64,000 nt of DNA from an uncultured Porphyromonadaceae bacterium (GTDB taxonomy: Bacteria; Bacteroidota; Bacteroidia; Bacteroidales; Muribaculaceae), in contig CAMWNP010000002.1 in assembly GCA_947175645.1 (NCBI GenBank), positions 96,835 to 160,834 of the forward strand, written 5' to 3'. The notes below the pieces were generated by a model, which ran no database searches, was not told the DNA's origin, and saw only the letters and a program-made list of their open reading frames with translations. Positions 51,258 through 61,342 of this stretch are shown piece after piece. Every line of letters starts with the position of its first letter. Positions within the stretch are counted from its first letter, which is position 1. The translations under genes and the position numbers were made by a program.

Positions 51258-54200
51258 TTATGCAATGCCTTTAGCCCTCAATGGGTCGCTGGCTATTAAA
51301 GACCTTAAATTCTCAAGAGTGGTGCCAATGGCACGCAGATGGGTGTTGGCGGCTCCAGTGTTGGTTTGTATGCCTGCAAGATATGTGAGAGCTTGGCGAA
51401 TGTTGTTGTCAATGCTCAACATGGAGCTGTTAAACTCCTGCTGGAGCATGAGCATTTCCATTTGCCGTATGCGCATTGTGGTAAGCTCGCCAGCCACCAT
51501 GCTTGCGGTATCCTCCGTGCAGCCTTTTATCTGCCCCTCCAGCGTTTCCTTGGTGCCGTCTATATCATCGCTGAAATCCTTGAAATACTCCTCAAAACTT
51601 TGCAGCCCCTCGGTAAACGCATTGCCAGCGTTCTGCAACATACGTTTCCACTTGGCAAAGTCAAAGCCAGCCACGCTATTGTTATGGGCACCCATATAGG
51701 AGGCCAGTGCCTCTGTAAACTGATTTACAATCGGCTCAATGAGCTTTAGCTTGAGGGAGTTTTTAACGGCATTGGCAATGGTTGTGTTCCATACCTCTTC
51801 AAAGCTCTGTGCGCTGTCCTCCATATTGCCAAATGCAGTTGCCCATACATCGGCCAGCTCATTTGCCAAATCTCGGAAATTGGTTTGCACAAGGCTCTCC
51901 GTTATTTGCTTTTCTATGTCGGCAATATCACGCGCTGCCTGCTCGGCACTGGCCAAATACTCCTGTACCTTGTTATCATCGCGGTCTTTGCTCTTTTTAC
52001 TCTGCTCAAGGCGTGCAAGCTCCTTGTACTCCTGCTGCTGTTTTTTAAGGTTCTCAATGGCCTTGCGCTGCTCCTTGTAGTAGTCCTCGCCCACAGCATT
52101 ATCCACGCGCCATGTTATTTCACTATATACGCGCTGTAATGCCTTGAGCTGCTTTTCATGCTCGGCCATTTCTCGCTTTATGCGGCGGCTGGTGCTATCA
52201 AACAGGGATATGGCAGAGGTAATGAGGCCAATGCCGCCCTGTATAATATCCATGGGGTTACTGCTGGCAATACCCTTGGCAAGCTGGGCGGCTCCACCTA
52301 TCATGTTGCTTATATCGCCCAGCATTTCCTGTGTAACCTCATCGCCAGCAAGCCCCAGCTCCTTGAGGCCATTAACCACGCTGTCAAAGCCCTCTTTCAC
52401 AAACTCAATGCTCCCTGCAATGCTCTCAAACATTTGGGAGAACTTTTTGCTCTTTTCGGGGGTATTATCGGCAGTAGCGTTATAGGCTTTTATGGAGGTT
52501 ACAAGCAACTTGAAGGGGTTTTTGCTCCCCTCAACTTGCCGCTGCAACTCCTCAAGCTGCTGGGTAAGGCGTGCCTTAATATCAACATCGCCAATGGCAT
52601 CAACTTGTTTTTTGAGGTCTGCCAGTATGGTGTCAAAGGCACTGCTGCTTAAATACTGGGCATTGGCAAAGAGCTGTTTCCAGTTGTCTGTTGCCTGTAT
52701 GCGTGTGGCATCTATCTCTGCCACGGCCTTACGGCGTGCCTTTTCTGCAACCTCTGCCTGCTGGGTGTAACCATGCTGTCGGAGCCATGTTATTTCCTGC
52801 TCAAACTTTTGCTCTGTTTCAAGCCTTAACTGGGCATTGGTTTTGTATGTCTCAAGGAGCTGCTTTTGCAACTGCTCGGTAGTTTGGGTAATTTGGCGGT
52901 CAATCTCCTGTATTGCCTTGGCTCTATCCTCGCCTATGAGATTGCCCTTGCCCTGCTGCAATTCCATTTTGCGCTTGGCAAGCGTAGAGAGGTAATCGCC
53001 CAGCGTTTTGCTGTCCTCCTTGGCTTTGGTTAGAGCCTCGGAGAATTTCTCCATCTCGGTCTTCACACCCTGCACTTGGCGTAGCTGCTCTTGGTATGCA
53101 ATGAGGGCGTTGCCGTCTGCCTCTGTAATGGTGCCATTATCCATTTGAGTTTGGAGGGCGGCAATTTTACCCTTTAACCATGCCTCATAAGTGTTGCCCT
53201 GCTCAACAAGAGAGGCGTATTGTCTGTTAGCAACCTCGGTGCCGTATGCTTCTATCCATTTGTAATATTGGGTGTATTGCTTTTTACGTTCCTCAATTTC
53301 GGTGCTAACAAGGTCACTACGCTCAATCTCATAGCTGGCATTTTCATTGGCACGCAGCTCCTCATATTGCGCAACGACATCGGCAGGCATAGCCTTTTTG
53401 GCAGCCTTGTATTTCTCCTCAAGCTCTTTTTGCTCTTTGTCAATGCGAGCCAGTTCTTTGCGGTGCTGTGCCTCCAGCTCGGCCTGCCTTTTCTCAAAGC
53501 CATCTTTAATTAGAGCCAGTCGGCTTTGCTCAACCTCCAGCCCTAAATCAATAACTTTTTGGTCAATGGCTTTTTGTGCATCGGCCACCTTTTTAGCAGC
53601 ACTCTGTGCGGCATTGCCAGTCTTGGGGAGGCGAGCATTGAGAGTGTTAATTTGGTTGTTATACTCTTTCCATGCAGCACTGCCCAGCGTAACACCAGCA
53701 CGCAAATCCTTGAGGCGTTTAACCTCATCATTTATGCCGTTCTCGGTATTGAGGTTGTTTTGCTGTTTGGTTATCTCGCCCTTAACTGCATTGAGCATGG
53801 AGAGGGCATTTTCAAAGCCGTATGTTTGGCACTCAATGGTAACGGTGGAGCCGCTTAACTGGCCGACCAGTTTATGCAACTCCTCAAGGCTCAATGTTGT
53901 AATGTCAATTTGCTCCTTAACCTCATTGTCAATGGGCTGGCCGCTAAACATACCTGCCACCTGCTGCTCAATAATGGCCACGTTGGCCATACACTGCTGG
54001 CTGTCGGCAATGGTGTTATCCACAAAGGTTTTTACAACGTCTCGGAACTCGCTTAACTCCTCGCCAGTTGCGCCTGTTGTTTCCTGTATGCGAGTAAGTA
54101 TGTCGTTAATGAGCCTATCGTGTGCCTCGGTGTATGCGGTACCTGTGAGCTTGGCCAGCTCCTCTGCTCCCTGCACGGCACGCACCTGTACGCTTGCCCA

Positions 54201-56456
54201 TAGTGCATCAGTAGCGTTGCGTATATTGTCAGAGGCGTGTTCTACCGACTGGTAAGCCTGTGTGTAAATATCGCCAGCATACACGGTACTCATTTCAATG
54301 CGGTGGAAAGAGGCATCTTTCGCCTCATTGATAAGTTCTTCCAGCCTCTCCTCTTGTTTAGCTGTGAGTTTACCCTGTCCCTCCTCAATGTATTTGGCCT
54401 TGAGCTTGGCGGCAGTGCTACGCTCTACAGCCTCAATAAGCTCATCATGCTTTCTAATTTGAGCCTCCAGTGCTGCATTTTCCTCCAGTATGGCAATTTT
54501 ATGCTCCTCGCAAAGCTGGTTTACCTTTGCCAGTGCATCCTTGTACTCCTTGGAGCTGCTGGAGCTGTTTTTGAGGATAGAGAACCACAGGTTCATTTTG
54601 CTGTAGCTCTCCGATACGGCCTCATTAAACTCTCCCTGTATCTTTGTGGCTTCCTCCTCCTCTTTGCCAAACATCATAAGCACGCTAATGAGCGTTGTGG
54701 CAGCGGTAATAATAGCCGTAATGGGGTTGGCTATCATGGTTGCCCACAAAGCCTTTAATTTGGCGGTTAAGAACGTGGTGGCGGTACTTAACAGGCCGCT
54801 TGTGGTAGCCTGCATGGTATCGCTGGCAGCTTTCGCTTTGCCTGCAATACTTGCCTGCTGGGTTGCAAGTGTGGCAATCCTTTGTGTGGCGGCCTCCTTG
54901 GCCGTGCGTGTGGCCTTGAGGTCGCTGATAATAATGCTGTGCTGCTTGAGCTGGTTATGTTGCTGCTCCTTGAGCATGGCAGCGGCCTCGGCGTTACCCT
55001 CGGCATTGGCCAGCGCAATCTGCACACGGGTATGCTCTATTTTGTTTTGGCTGATACGGTACTCCTGTAGGAGTGTAGCCTGTTTCTGCTTGAGTGCGGC
55101 AGCCTCGGCTCGGAGAGTTGCCATCTGTGCGGCATTCTCCTGTTGTTGTGCCCTAATGGTGTTCTCAATGGCCACAACATACTGGGTGCTGTTGCGTGTG
55201 AGGTTCTGCTTGGCCAGTGCCTGCTGCTGGTCGGCTGTAAGTATGCTTTCGGCAGCGGCCAAATACTCAATACTGGTGTTATTGAGGTTTAGACGGCTCA
55301 AATATAGAGCCTGTTCCTGTGTGAGCAAACCCTGTATGGCCTGCACCTTGAGGCCACGCAATATGTTTTCCTGCTGCTCAAGAGTAAGCGTTTTTTGCAG
55401 CTCTGCGCTGTATGCCTGCTCTGCAACGGTTAATGCTCCCTGCTGTGCGACATAAGCCTTGCCATTAACAACAAGGCCACCCATGAGGAGTGTGCGAGCT
55501 TTGAGAACTAAATTATCCAGTGTGGCCATGCGCGTGCTGTTGCCATGAGCTATAGCTACAGCAGCCGTGGCCACTTTGTAGCTGCCATATACAGCAATGA
55601 GTGCGCCCATAACCTTGAGGCATTTATCGTAGTTTTCCACCAGTGTAGCCACGGCAGAGATACCACCCGACAAAATGCCCTCCATGTTGGTGCCCATTTC
55701 ATTGAGCATCATATCCCATGCGTCTTCAAGGTTGGAGATTTGGCCAGTAAGAGATTTTGATTGCTCCTCCATGAGGCCAAAGAACATACCACCCTCATTT
55801 GTGAGGTTTTCAATAACCTTTTGAACTTCGGGGAAACCAATTTGGCCAGCCGTAACCATGTTGTTAATCTCGGTTTCAGACTTACCCAGTACCTTTGTAA
55901 GCTCCTGCACAAGCGGTATGCCGCGCCCCATAAACTGCCTTACGTCTTGGGTAAAGAGCCGCCCCTGTACCATGGTGGTACCATAGAGCATTGTGAGGTC
56001 GTTAAGGGGTATGCTCAAGCCGCTGGCAATGTTGCCCAGCCGCACAAGAGTATCGTTTACCGTTTCGGCACTCTCGCCATAGGCAAGTAGTTGCTTTGCG
56101 CCATTGGCTATACCCTGCAAGTCAAAGGGAGTGGTGGCAGCAGTTGTTACCAGTTGCCCCATGAGGTTTTGCGCTTTCTCGGCACTCCCCAGCATGGTAC
56201 CAAAGGCAATTTCCAACTGCTGGAACTCGCCACGCACTGAAATCATATCGGACACCCAGCTCTTGAGCATGGCAGTAACGGCCAGCCCAGCTACAGCCTT
56301 GCCAATATTGCTAAAGCTCTGCACAATATCGGTGGAACTCTCCTCAACGGTGTCCTTAAACTGCATAATGCGCTGCTCATCACGCGCCAGCATTTCGTTT
56401 ATATTGCTGTCGCGGATAAGTACGTCAAAGGCTAATGCTCCATTGTTATTTTCCAC
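51258..56456 (-). CDS. Tail tape measure protein (1,732 aa, GTG start)
   Basis: TP901-type core (GIANGAKQLLAYGES...LVRLGNIASGLSIPLNDL...GRGIPLVQEL), a very long coiled coil, and position after the chaperone gene. Confidence 0.9.
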   Translation of the reverse strand: MENNNGALAFDVLIRDSNINEMLARDEQRIMQFKDTVEESSTDIVQSFSNIGKAVAGLAVTAMLKSWVSDMISVRGEFQQLEIAFGTMLGSAEKAQNLMGQLVTTAATTPFDLQGIANGAKQLLAYGESAETVNDTLVRLGNIASGLSIPLNDLTMLYGTTMVQGRLFTQDVRQFMGRGIPLVQELTKVLGKSETEINNMVTAGQIGFPEVQKVIENLTNEGGMFFGLMEEQSKSLTGQISNLEDAWDMMLNEMGTNMEGILSGGISAVATLVENYDKCLKVMGALIAVYGSYKVATAAVAIAHGNSTRMATLDNLVLKARTLLMGGLVVNGKAYVAQQGALTVAEQAYSAELQKTLTLEQQENILRGLKVQAIQGLLTQEQALYLSRLNLNNTSIEYLAAAESILTADQQQALAKQNLTRNSTQYVVAIENTIRAQQQENAAQMATLRAEAAALKQKQATLLQEYRISQNKIEHTRVQIALANAEGNAEAAAMLKEQQHNQLKQHSIIISDLKATRTAKEAATQRIATLATQQASIAGKAKAASDTMQATTSGLLSTATTFLTAKLKALWATMIANPITAIITAATTLISVLMMFGKEEEEATKIQGEFNEAVSESYSKMNLWFSILKNSSSSSKEYKDALAKVNQLCEEHKIAILEENAALEAQIRKHDELIEAVERSTAAKLKAKYIEEGQGKLTAKQEERLEELINEAKDASFHRIEMSTVYAGDIYTQAYQSVEHASDNIRNATDALWASVQVRAVQGAEELAKLTGTAYTEAHDRLINDILTRIQETTGATGEELSEFRDVVKTFVDNTIADSQQCMANVAIIEQQVAGMFSGQPIDNEVKEQIDITTLSLEELHKLVGQLSGSTVTIECQTYGFENALSMLNAVKGEITKQQNNLNTENGINDEVKRLKDLRAGVTLGSAAWKEYNNQINTLNARLPKTGNAAQSAAKKVADAQKAIDQKVIDLGLEVEQSRLALIKDGFEKRQAELEAQHRKELARIDKEQKELEEKYKAAKKAMPADVVAQYEELRANENASYEIERSDLVSTEIEERKKQYTQYYKWIEAYGTEVANRQYASLVEQGNTYEAWLKGKIAALQTQMDNGTITEADGNALIAYQEQLRQVQGVKTEMEKFSEALTKAKEDSKTLGDYLSTLAKRKMELQQGKGNLIGEDRAKAIQEIDRQITQTTEQLQKQLLETYKTNAQLRLETEQKFEQEITWLRQHGYTQQAEVAEKARRKAVAEIDATRIQATDNWKQLFANAQYLSSSAFDTILADLKKQVDAIGDVDIKARLTQQLEELQRQVEGSKNPFKLLVTSIKAYNATADNTPEKSKKFSQMFESIAGSIEFVKEGFDSVVNGLKELGLAGDEVTQEMLGDISNMIGGAAQLAKGIASSNPMDIIQGGIGLITSAISLFDSTSRRIKREMAEHEKQLKALQRVYSEITWRVDNAVGEDYYKEQRKAIENLKKQQQEYKELARLEQSKKSKDRDDNKVQEYLASAEQAARDIADIEKQITESLVQTNFRDLANELADVWATAFGNMEDSAQSFEEVWNTTIANAVKNSLKLKLIEPIVNQFTEALASYMGAHNNSVAGFDFAKWKRMLQNAGNAFTEGLQSFEEYFKDFSDDIDGTKETLEGQIKGCTEDTASMVAGELTTMRIRQMEMLMLQQEFNSSMLSIDNNIRQALTYLAGIQTNTGAANTHLRAIGTTLENLRSLIASDPLRAKGIA

Positions 56457-56788
56457 TATGAAAGGCTGTTAATATAGTTTACAAAATCATCTACATTGTC
56501 TTCGGTCAGCTCAATATCTCCGCTATCAAACTGGCTCTCGCTGGCTCCTCCTGCCTGCTCCTCCTCATCATCGTAGCGAGCTTGGTCGGCCAGCATACGC
56601 TGCACAACTGCCCATGCAATTCCTTTAGTGAGGTACTCCCACGTCCAGTGAAAGTATGCGCATATTGCCCCACGCTGGCCATACAGGCTATTTAATCCTG
56701 TTGGCTCTCTATGCGACTCGGAATTGTTGTCCTTGCGCTGGATAACAATCGCATAGAGTTTATAAAATCCGCTAAATTGTTTGTGAGG
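56456..56788 (-). CDS. -1 frame extension ORF of the tail assembly chaperone (GT-like frameshift product)
   Basis: The frame with codon starts one nt upstream of the chaperone frame is open from 56788 to the TAG at 56456..56458. It encodes a coding-like acidic peptide (...AWAVVQRMLADQARYDDEEEQAGG...FVNYINSLS) and has no good start codon of its own. Confidence 0.5.
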   Translation of the reverse strand, partial: PHKQFSGFYKLYAIVIQRKDNNSESHREPTGLNSLYGQRGAICAYFHWTWEYLTKGIAWAVVQRMLADQARYDDEEEQAGGASESQFDSGDIELTEDNVDDFVNYINSLS

Positions 56789-57252
56789 TCAATGGCCTGC
56801 ACCAGCTCCCACAGGGTGCTGTTCTTGAGCCAGTGAGAAAGGAACTCGGTACGCTCGGAGAGCTTTTTTTCATTCTCCCAGTCATTGCCCAGTGTGGCAA
56901 TGGCCACAATGCGAGCCATGCGCCTGTTATGCTTGGCAAAGAGCTTGCGAGCCTCCTGTCGGGGGTTGCCCTTTATCTGCTCCTCATCCATAGCAAGCTC
57001 AATATACTCAAGGGAGAGGCGGTCGAGCGTGTAGGCTGTAGGCTCTTTGATGATAAACTCTACCTGCTTTTCCTCCCTTACAACTTGCTTTTTGGTAAGG
57101 AGCCGCTGGAGGTGGCGGTAACGCGGTATGCGCACCACTTTATCCTCATAGTAATCTACCGTAAAACTTATGCCTTGGCCTATGAGTAGGCGCAACTCTT
57201 TTTTCTCGGCCTCCATGGCCTCAATTTCCTTTAGCTTATCTTCCTGCTGCAT
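56692..57252 (-). CDS. Tail assembly chaperone (186 aa from the ATG; the track ORF starts at a GTG at 57279)
   Basis: Position between the major tail and tape measure genes, with the overlapping -1 frame ORF described above. Confidence 0.6.
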   Translation of the reverse strand: MQQEDKLKEIEAMEAEKKELRLLIGQGISFTVDYYEDKVVRIPRYRHLQRLLTKKQVVREEKQVEFIIKEPTAYTLDRLSLEYIELAMDEEQIKGNPRQEARKLFAKHNRRMARIVAIATLGNDWENEKKLSERTEFLSHWLKNSTLWELVQAIDLTNNLADFINSMRLLSSARTTIPSRIESQQD

Positions 57253-57265
57253 TTGGTTGGAGATT

Positions 57266-57305
57266 AAAAAGCCCACCACGCACCTTTTGCGTGTGCATAG
57301 TGGGC
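57266..57305 (-). terminator. Intrinsic terminator after the major tail protein gene
   Basis: On the minus strand: GCCCAC-TATG-CACACGCA-AAAGG-TGCGTG-GTGGGC followed by TTTTTAAT. Confidence 0.6.
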
Positions 57306-57333
57306 TTGGGGTTGATTGTTATGGGTGCTTGGG

Positions 57334-57864
57334 TTAGGTGCTGGATTTGGCAGGGAATGTGGCCGTCTTTTTGCGTGCTCTCATCGTTTTCACGCCAGCC
57401 TTGGTGGGCTTGAGCGGAGTAACGGTAAAGTCCACAAGGTTAATGCCCTGAGCTGACATATCAGCGTTAAGCACGGCCTCAATGTCGGCACGCGGTATGG
57501 TGTAAACCAAACCGATTTCGGGCACAACTCGGATACTGGCCTCAATATCCTCATCGGTATCGCTCCAGCTCCATTCCATGTCATCGCCAGTGCCAGTTGT
57601 CTCGCCACCCAAATAGGCTTTGAGGAACGTGGGGTCGGGGTCCATTATGGAGAAAGTAAGGATAGGCACCTTTTTACGCTTGCGGCGTGCTTCGGGTGCG
57701 CTCTGCCCCTCCTCATAATGCTCTGTTACCTCGGCCTTTTCCTGCGTCATTTTGCAGGTGTTTTGGTAGGTCTTGCCGATTTTGCTGTAGGCAGTAGCCT
57801 CGCCGCCATCAGCAGCGATTTTGCCAACCTGTATTTCCGAAAGACCCAGTGTAATTACTCCCAT
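57334..57864 (-). CDS. Major tail (tube) protein (176 aa)
   Basis: Position between the neck genes and the chaperone, with a strong terminator after it. Confidence 0.6.
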   Translation of the reverse strand: MGVITLGLSEIQVGKIAADGGEATAYSKIGKTYQNTCKMTQEKAEVTEHYEEGQSAPEARRKRKKVPILTFSIMDPDPTFLKAYLGGETTGTGDDMEWSWSDTDEDIEASIRVVPEIGLVYTIPRADIEAVLNADMSAQGINLVDFTVTPLKPTKAGVKTMRARKKTATFPAKSST

Positions 57865-57876
57865 GTTGGTAATAGT

Positions 57877-58344
57877 TTATGAGTTATGAAAATTAAAGCG
57901 TATTTTGAACCAAATGCGGTGGCAATTAAGGGCAGCCTCCTCTATTACATCCTGTGCAACACACTCAAACGACCAGCCATTTTCACAGTAGTATTTTTTG
58001 AGTGAGGCGTATGCAAGCCCTGCAAGCTGCTTGATACGGTCGCTCGCGGCCTCCGTGTCTGCTGGCTCGCTTGCGTGTGTTGTGCAGGTGTTAATGTCGG
58101 GTACATAGATATTCACATTGCTGGTGCCAAACTGCACGCTGCCACTCTCAATGGAGAGGCTGCTGATAACGCAATCCTCTACCTTGGGGGGCTGGTTGCG
58201 CTGGGGCTTTTTGCTCTTGGTTATAGAGCCTGTAAGCTGCTTGGCCAGCTCGGATTGAGTTAGCACCACATAGAGTATATCATCTTGCAGCGTGTTAAAC
58301 TGCATATCCTCTTGCAATGGAATTTCTTCTACCTTTTTTGCCAT
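57877..58344 (-). CDS. Copy of 240..707 (neck or tail-terminator-like protein)
   Basis: Exact copy, offset +57,637. Confidence 0.45.
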   Translation of the reverse strand: MAKKVEEIPLQEDMQFNTLQDDILYVVLTQSELAKQLTGSITKSKKPQRNQPPKVEDCVISSLSIESGSVQFGTSNVNIYVPDINTCTTHASEPADTEAASDRIKQLAGLAYASLKKYYCENGWSFECVAQDVIEEAALNCHRIWFKIRFNFHNS

Positions 58345-58346
58345 GC

Positions 58347-58832
58347 TTAATTGGCGTTTTTATAAATTTGAGTTTTGAGCATTTGCATGAGCTTGGGAAC
58401 TCGCTGGAGGGCGTAACGCTCTGCGCTATCCAGCACATCCTTGTTAAGGCTCTCTACATAGTGGGCATAGTGCATACCAGCTACCACAATGAGGGCGTAG
58501 CCCTTTGTAAAGCGTTTTGCCAGCTCCTCTGCAAGAGCTTGACCTTGGAGAATACCCTTGCCGTTTGCTGCATCAATTACCTTGGAGGCCACGCGCTCCT
58601 CAAAGTTTTTGCAGATTATATCGCCATTCTTTACCAGCACATAGCCAATAGAGTTGCGCAAATTTCCTGTAATGTCGTTATAGGTTCCTTGCTCCCTCGC
58701 AATCTTTACGCACTCCTCGCCAATAAACTGCATAACCGTTTCAATGGCTCGGTGTACGCGCAGTGCGTACTCGGCAAAGGTGTTGTGTACCTCGCCTTTG
58801 CCAAAGGCAGCACTAAACCCATATTTTGCCAT
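58347..58832 (-). CDS. Copy of 710..1195 (HK97 gp10-like)
   Basis: Exact copy, offset +57,637. Confidence 0.55.
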   Translation of the reverse strand: MAKYGFSAAFGKGEVHNTFAEYALRVHRAIETVMQFIGEECVKIAREQGTYNDITGNLRNSIGYVLVKNGDIICKNFEERVASKVIDAANGKGILQGQALAEELAKRFTKGYALIVVAGMHYAHYVESLNKDVLDSAERYALQRVPKLMQMLKTQIYKNAN

Positions 58833-59136
58833 AATGCTTATAGCGTTTGTATCGCATTACTTTGCCCTCCACCTGTACCGTGCCATCCGCGCCCAATACT
58901 CGGATTTGGGCGTTTACTGGCACGGCAGGGGCGTTGGCAGGAAAGAAAATGTTGGAACTCTTGTTGATGGCACGCGCTGCAACCGTTGAAACCTCCTCGC
59001 CTCCATCGCTCGGCTCCTCGCGGCACATGGTTAGTGTTCTCCACTCGGAGGTACCACCCACCAAATCGCCTACGTCATTGCGCTCGGCCTCGGTGGTTAC
59101 AAGCATTTGGAGTGTATCGGTATATCGGCTGGCCAT
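58813..59136 (-). CDS. Copy of 1176..1499 (head closure-like)
   Basis: Exact copy, offset +57,637. Confidence 0.45.
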   Translation of the reverse strand: MASRYTDTLQMLVTTEAERNDVGDLVGGTSEWRTLTMCREEPSDGGEEVSTVAARAINKSSNIFFPANAPAVPVNAQIRVLGADGTVQVEGKVMRYKRYKHYGKIWV

Positions 59137-59139
59137 GGC

Positions 59140-59487
59140 TTAAAATCTGTTTGAGGCGTGCGTTAGCGTTGTTACCGTTTCGGGCAGGAACTCCTCTACA
59201 GGCACCCCAGCCTCGCGGCACAGGAACGCAATGCGCTCCTTGAGCTTGTCATTGTAGCTCTGCGACCACTCGGCCTCTTTCTCACTGGAGAGTGAGAGGT
59301 ATTTAACCAGTACCAGCACTGCTGCCAGCGCAATAACGCGGTCGTTGTCGGGGGTGTAGTCCTCCTTTGCGGCCAGTGTAGCACCAGCACGCTTGCAAGC
59401 GGAGAGCAGAGCCTTTTCAAGCTCCAGCTCATTATCGCCGCTGCAATAGGGTAATACCTCGCTGGCTATTGCCTGTAGATTGTTCAT
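59140..59487 (-). CDS. Copy of 1503..1850 (connector or adaptor)
   Basis: Exact copy, offset +57,637. Confidence 0.45.
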   Translation of the reverse strand: MNNLQAIASEVLPYCSGDNELELEKALLSACKRAGATLAAKEDYTPDNDRVIALAAVLVLVKYLSLSSEKEAEWSQSYNDKLKERIAFLCREAGVPVEEFLPETVTTLTHASNRF

Positions 59488-59500
59488 GCTCTATTCGGGT

Positions 59501-60673
59501 TTAGGCGTTTTCCTCTGCGTTGCTCTTGGCATTAGCTGCCTCAAGGTTACGCACGCGGTAATTGACAATGCCCTCAATCTCGGTAATGGCAGGGAGCGCA
59601 CGCCAGCTTGCCTGTGTGTACTCGCCTGCCTGCTGGCCTGTGCTTTCGCCAACCTGCCACTTGGCCACGCGAATGCCATGGTCGGCATCCATGTAGGTTA
59701 CATCGGGTTCGGGGATAATGCTGTTATCCTCAAATGCAGGCTGCACCTCGCCGATTATGCCAGCAGGCTTAAAGCACAGCACATCATCGTTGTAGGGGTT
59801 GATGAGCGTTTCCTTACGTTTGCCATCCTCGGCCACAGAGTTGCGCTTGTTTACGATGGTAAATGCAGGCAGCTCAAAGGCAGCAAGCATATTGGTAAGC
59901 TCCACAGGGGTTACAGGCTGCCCCGACTTGTCGCTGCCCTTGATAGCACGGCGCACGGAGGGCAGGTTGATAAGCCAGTAGTACACGGAGGGGGAGATAA
60001 GAGTTTCTCCAAACGAAATGCCTTTGTTAGCAAAGGTGTAACGAATGTCGGCAAGCTCCTCAAAGGGGTTAATCTTGCTCTCGTTGCCTTTCTCCCACGC
60101 CGTAGTTGCCACAAGTTTGTTGGCATCGGGCATATCGTAGTCCACCTTGTAGCGGCGGCCATCGGGGTTATTGAGCTGGGGCTTGAACTCGGCCACACCG
60201 CCATTGGAGAGAGCTTGCAGGATAATGTGGTCGGCAGTATCCTTACAGCCCAAATATGCTTCACGCACATCCTTAATAAGCAGCTTTTTGACCTGTGCCA
60301 TTTTCTGCTGGTCGGTGTAGCGTGGGCTTTCCAGTACCTCCAGCAACTTGCGGAGGTTGTCGGCAGACATGGGGAACTTATGACCCATGCGCGGGATTTC
60401 GCCCTCAAAGGTGGTAAAACCATCAGTGGGGCGTGTAGGAGTGGCCGCATTGTTGCCGATAACGCTTGCCATAAAGCGCACTCTGTACTTTGACTGGAGT
60501 GTCTTACAGGTAAGCCCCATTTGAGGCAGGTTAAAGTCAAACCAGCGGTCAACGTAAAGCTGCTCAAAGAGAGCCTTCTGCTGCTGGCTGGCCGTGTCAA
60601 ACATGATTTTGAGGGTGGCCAGCAGGCTCACAGGAATAGTGGGTAAATTTACTTTGTTAAAAATTGACTCCAT
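59501..60673 (-). CDS. Copy of 1864..3036 (major capsid protein)
   Basis: Exact copy, offset +57,637. Confidence 0.7.
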   Translation of the reverse strand: MESIFNKVNLPTIPVSLLATLKIMFDTASQQQKALFEQLYVDRWFDFNLPQMGLTCKTLQSKYRVRFMASVIGNNAATPTRPTDGFTTFEGEIPRMGHKFPMSADNLRKLLEVLESPRYTDQQKMAQVKKLLIKDVREAYLGCKDTADHIILQALSNGGVAEFKPQLNNPDGRRYKVDYDMPDANKLVATTAWEKGNESKINPFEELADIRYTFANKGISFGETLISPSVYYWLINLPSVRRAIKGSDKSGQPVTPVELTNMLAAFELPAFTIVNKRNSVAEDGKRKETLINPYNDDVLCFKPAGIIGEVQPAFEDNSIIPEPDVTYMDADHGIRVAKWQVGESTGQQAGEYTQASWRALPAITEIEGIVNYRVRNLEAANAKSNAEENA

Positions 60674-60692
60674 GTGTTACCTCCTTTCGGTT

Positions 60693-61328
60693 TTAGAGCG
60701 ACTGGGTATAGGCTACCTTGGTACCCTTGAGCAGGTTGCCCTCAAGGTACTTGGCAGGCACAGGGGGCACGCGGCGAGCGTAAATCTCGCCACAACCGCT
60801 GTCGCGTGTAACATTGATTTGGGTATCGGCCAGCTCCTCCTTGACCTCGGCACTCTCGTAGGTGTCAATGGTAATGCTGTTGGGTTCTGCCACCAGCTTT
60901 ACGTTGGTGCCATCAGCCACAACCTCAAAGAGTGCGGAGCCTACTGCAAGACCAGTAATGGCCTTGGAAAGCGTAATCTCCATGCCAGCCTCGGTGTTGG
61001 CCACCGCTGTGATGCTGGGGGAGTTTGCGAGAGTGGCAGAGAGGTCGCTTTGCACCGTATCGCCCACCATAAACAGGGGCTTGCTGAACTCATCTGCCTC
61101 CAGCGTTACCTTTTTGGCATCGGTACCAATGGCCACTACTCGCGCACTCTTGATGAGCTTGCCGTAACGTGTGGCCTCGTTTACACAGGCCAGCGTGCCA
61201 AAGGGAACCAAAGCACCAACAGGCAGGTTGGTTTGAGCAGGGTCAAGCGTAAAGCCTCCTGTAACCATTACAGGGGGCTGGGTGCTGCACGGACGGGTGC
61301 CACCATAGCTTCTTTTCTTGGGTTTCAT
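60693..61328 (-). CDS. Copy of 3056..3691 (capsid accessory-like)
   Basis: Exact copy, offset +57,637. Confidence 0.35.
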   Translation of the reverse strand: MKPKKRSYGGTRPCSTQPPVMVTGGFTLDPAQTNLPVGALVPFGTLACVNEATRYGKLIKSARVVAIGTDAKKVTLEADEFSKPLFMVGDTVQSDLSATLANSPSITAVANTEAGMEITLSKAITGLAVGSALFEVVADGTNVKLVAEPNSITIDTYESAEVKEELADTQINVTRDSGCGEIYARRVPPVPAKYLEGNLLKGTKVAYTQSL

Positions 61329-61342
61329 TGCTCTGTGATTAA

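Larger units (their letters stand above)
1..57637. mobile_element. One complete unit of a temperate siphovirus-like phage genome, probably with a Bacteroidota host
   Basis: Terminase, portal, MuF, capsid, tape measure, lysis, integrase plus tRNA, CI/Cro-like switch and replication/recombination genes are all present. The sequence repeats exactly after 57,637 bp. Confidence 0.85.

Noticed and set aside
56459-56632. Zero-frame ATG ORF (MASVGQYAHTFTGRGS..., 57 aa) in the chaperone-to-tape-measure gap
   Set aside because: Its composition is Arg/Ser-rich and non-coding-like. The overlapping -1 frame reads as a real protein and fits the conserved chaperone frameshift.
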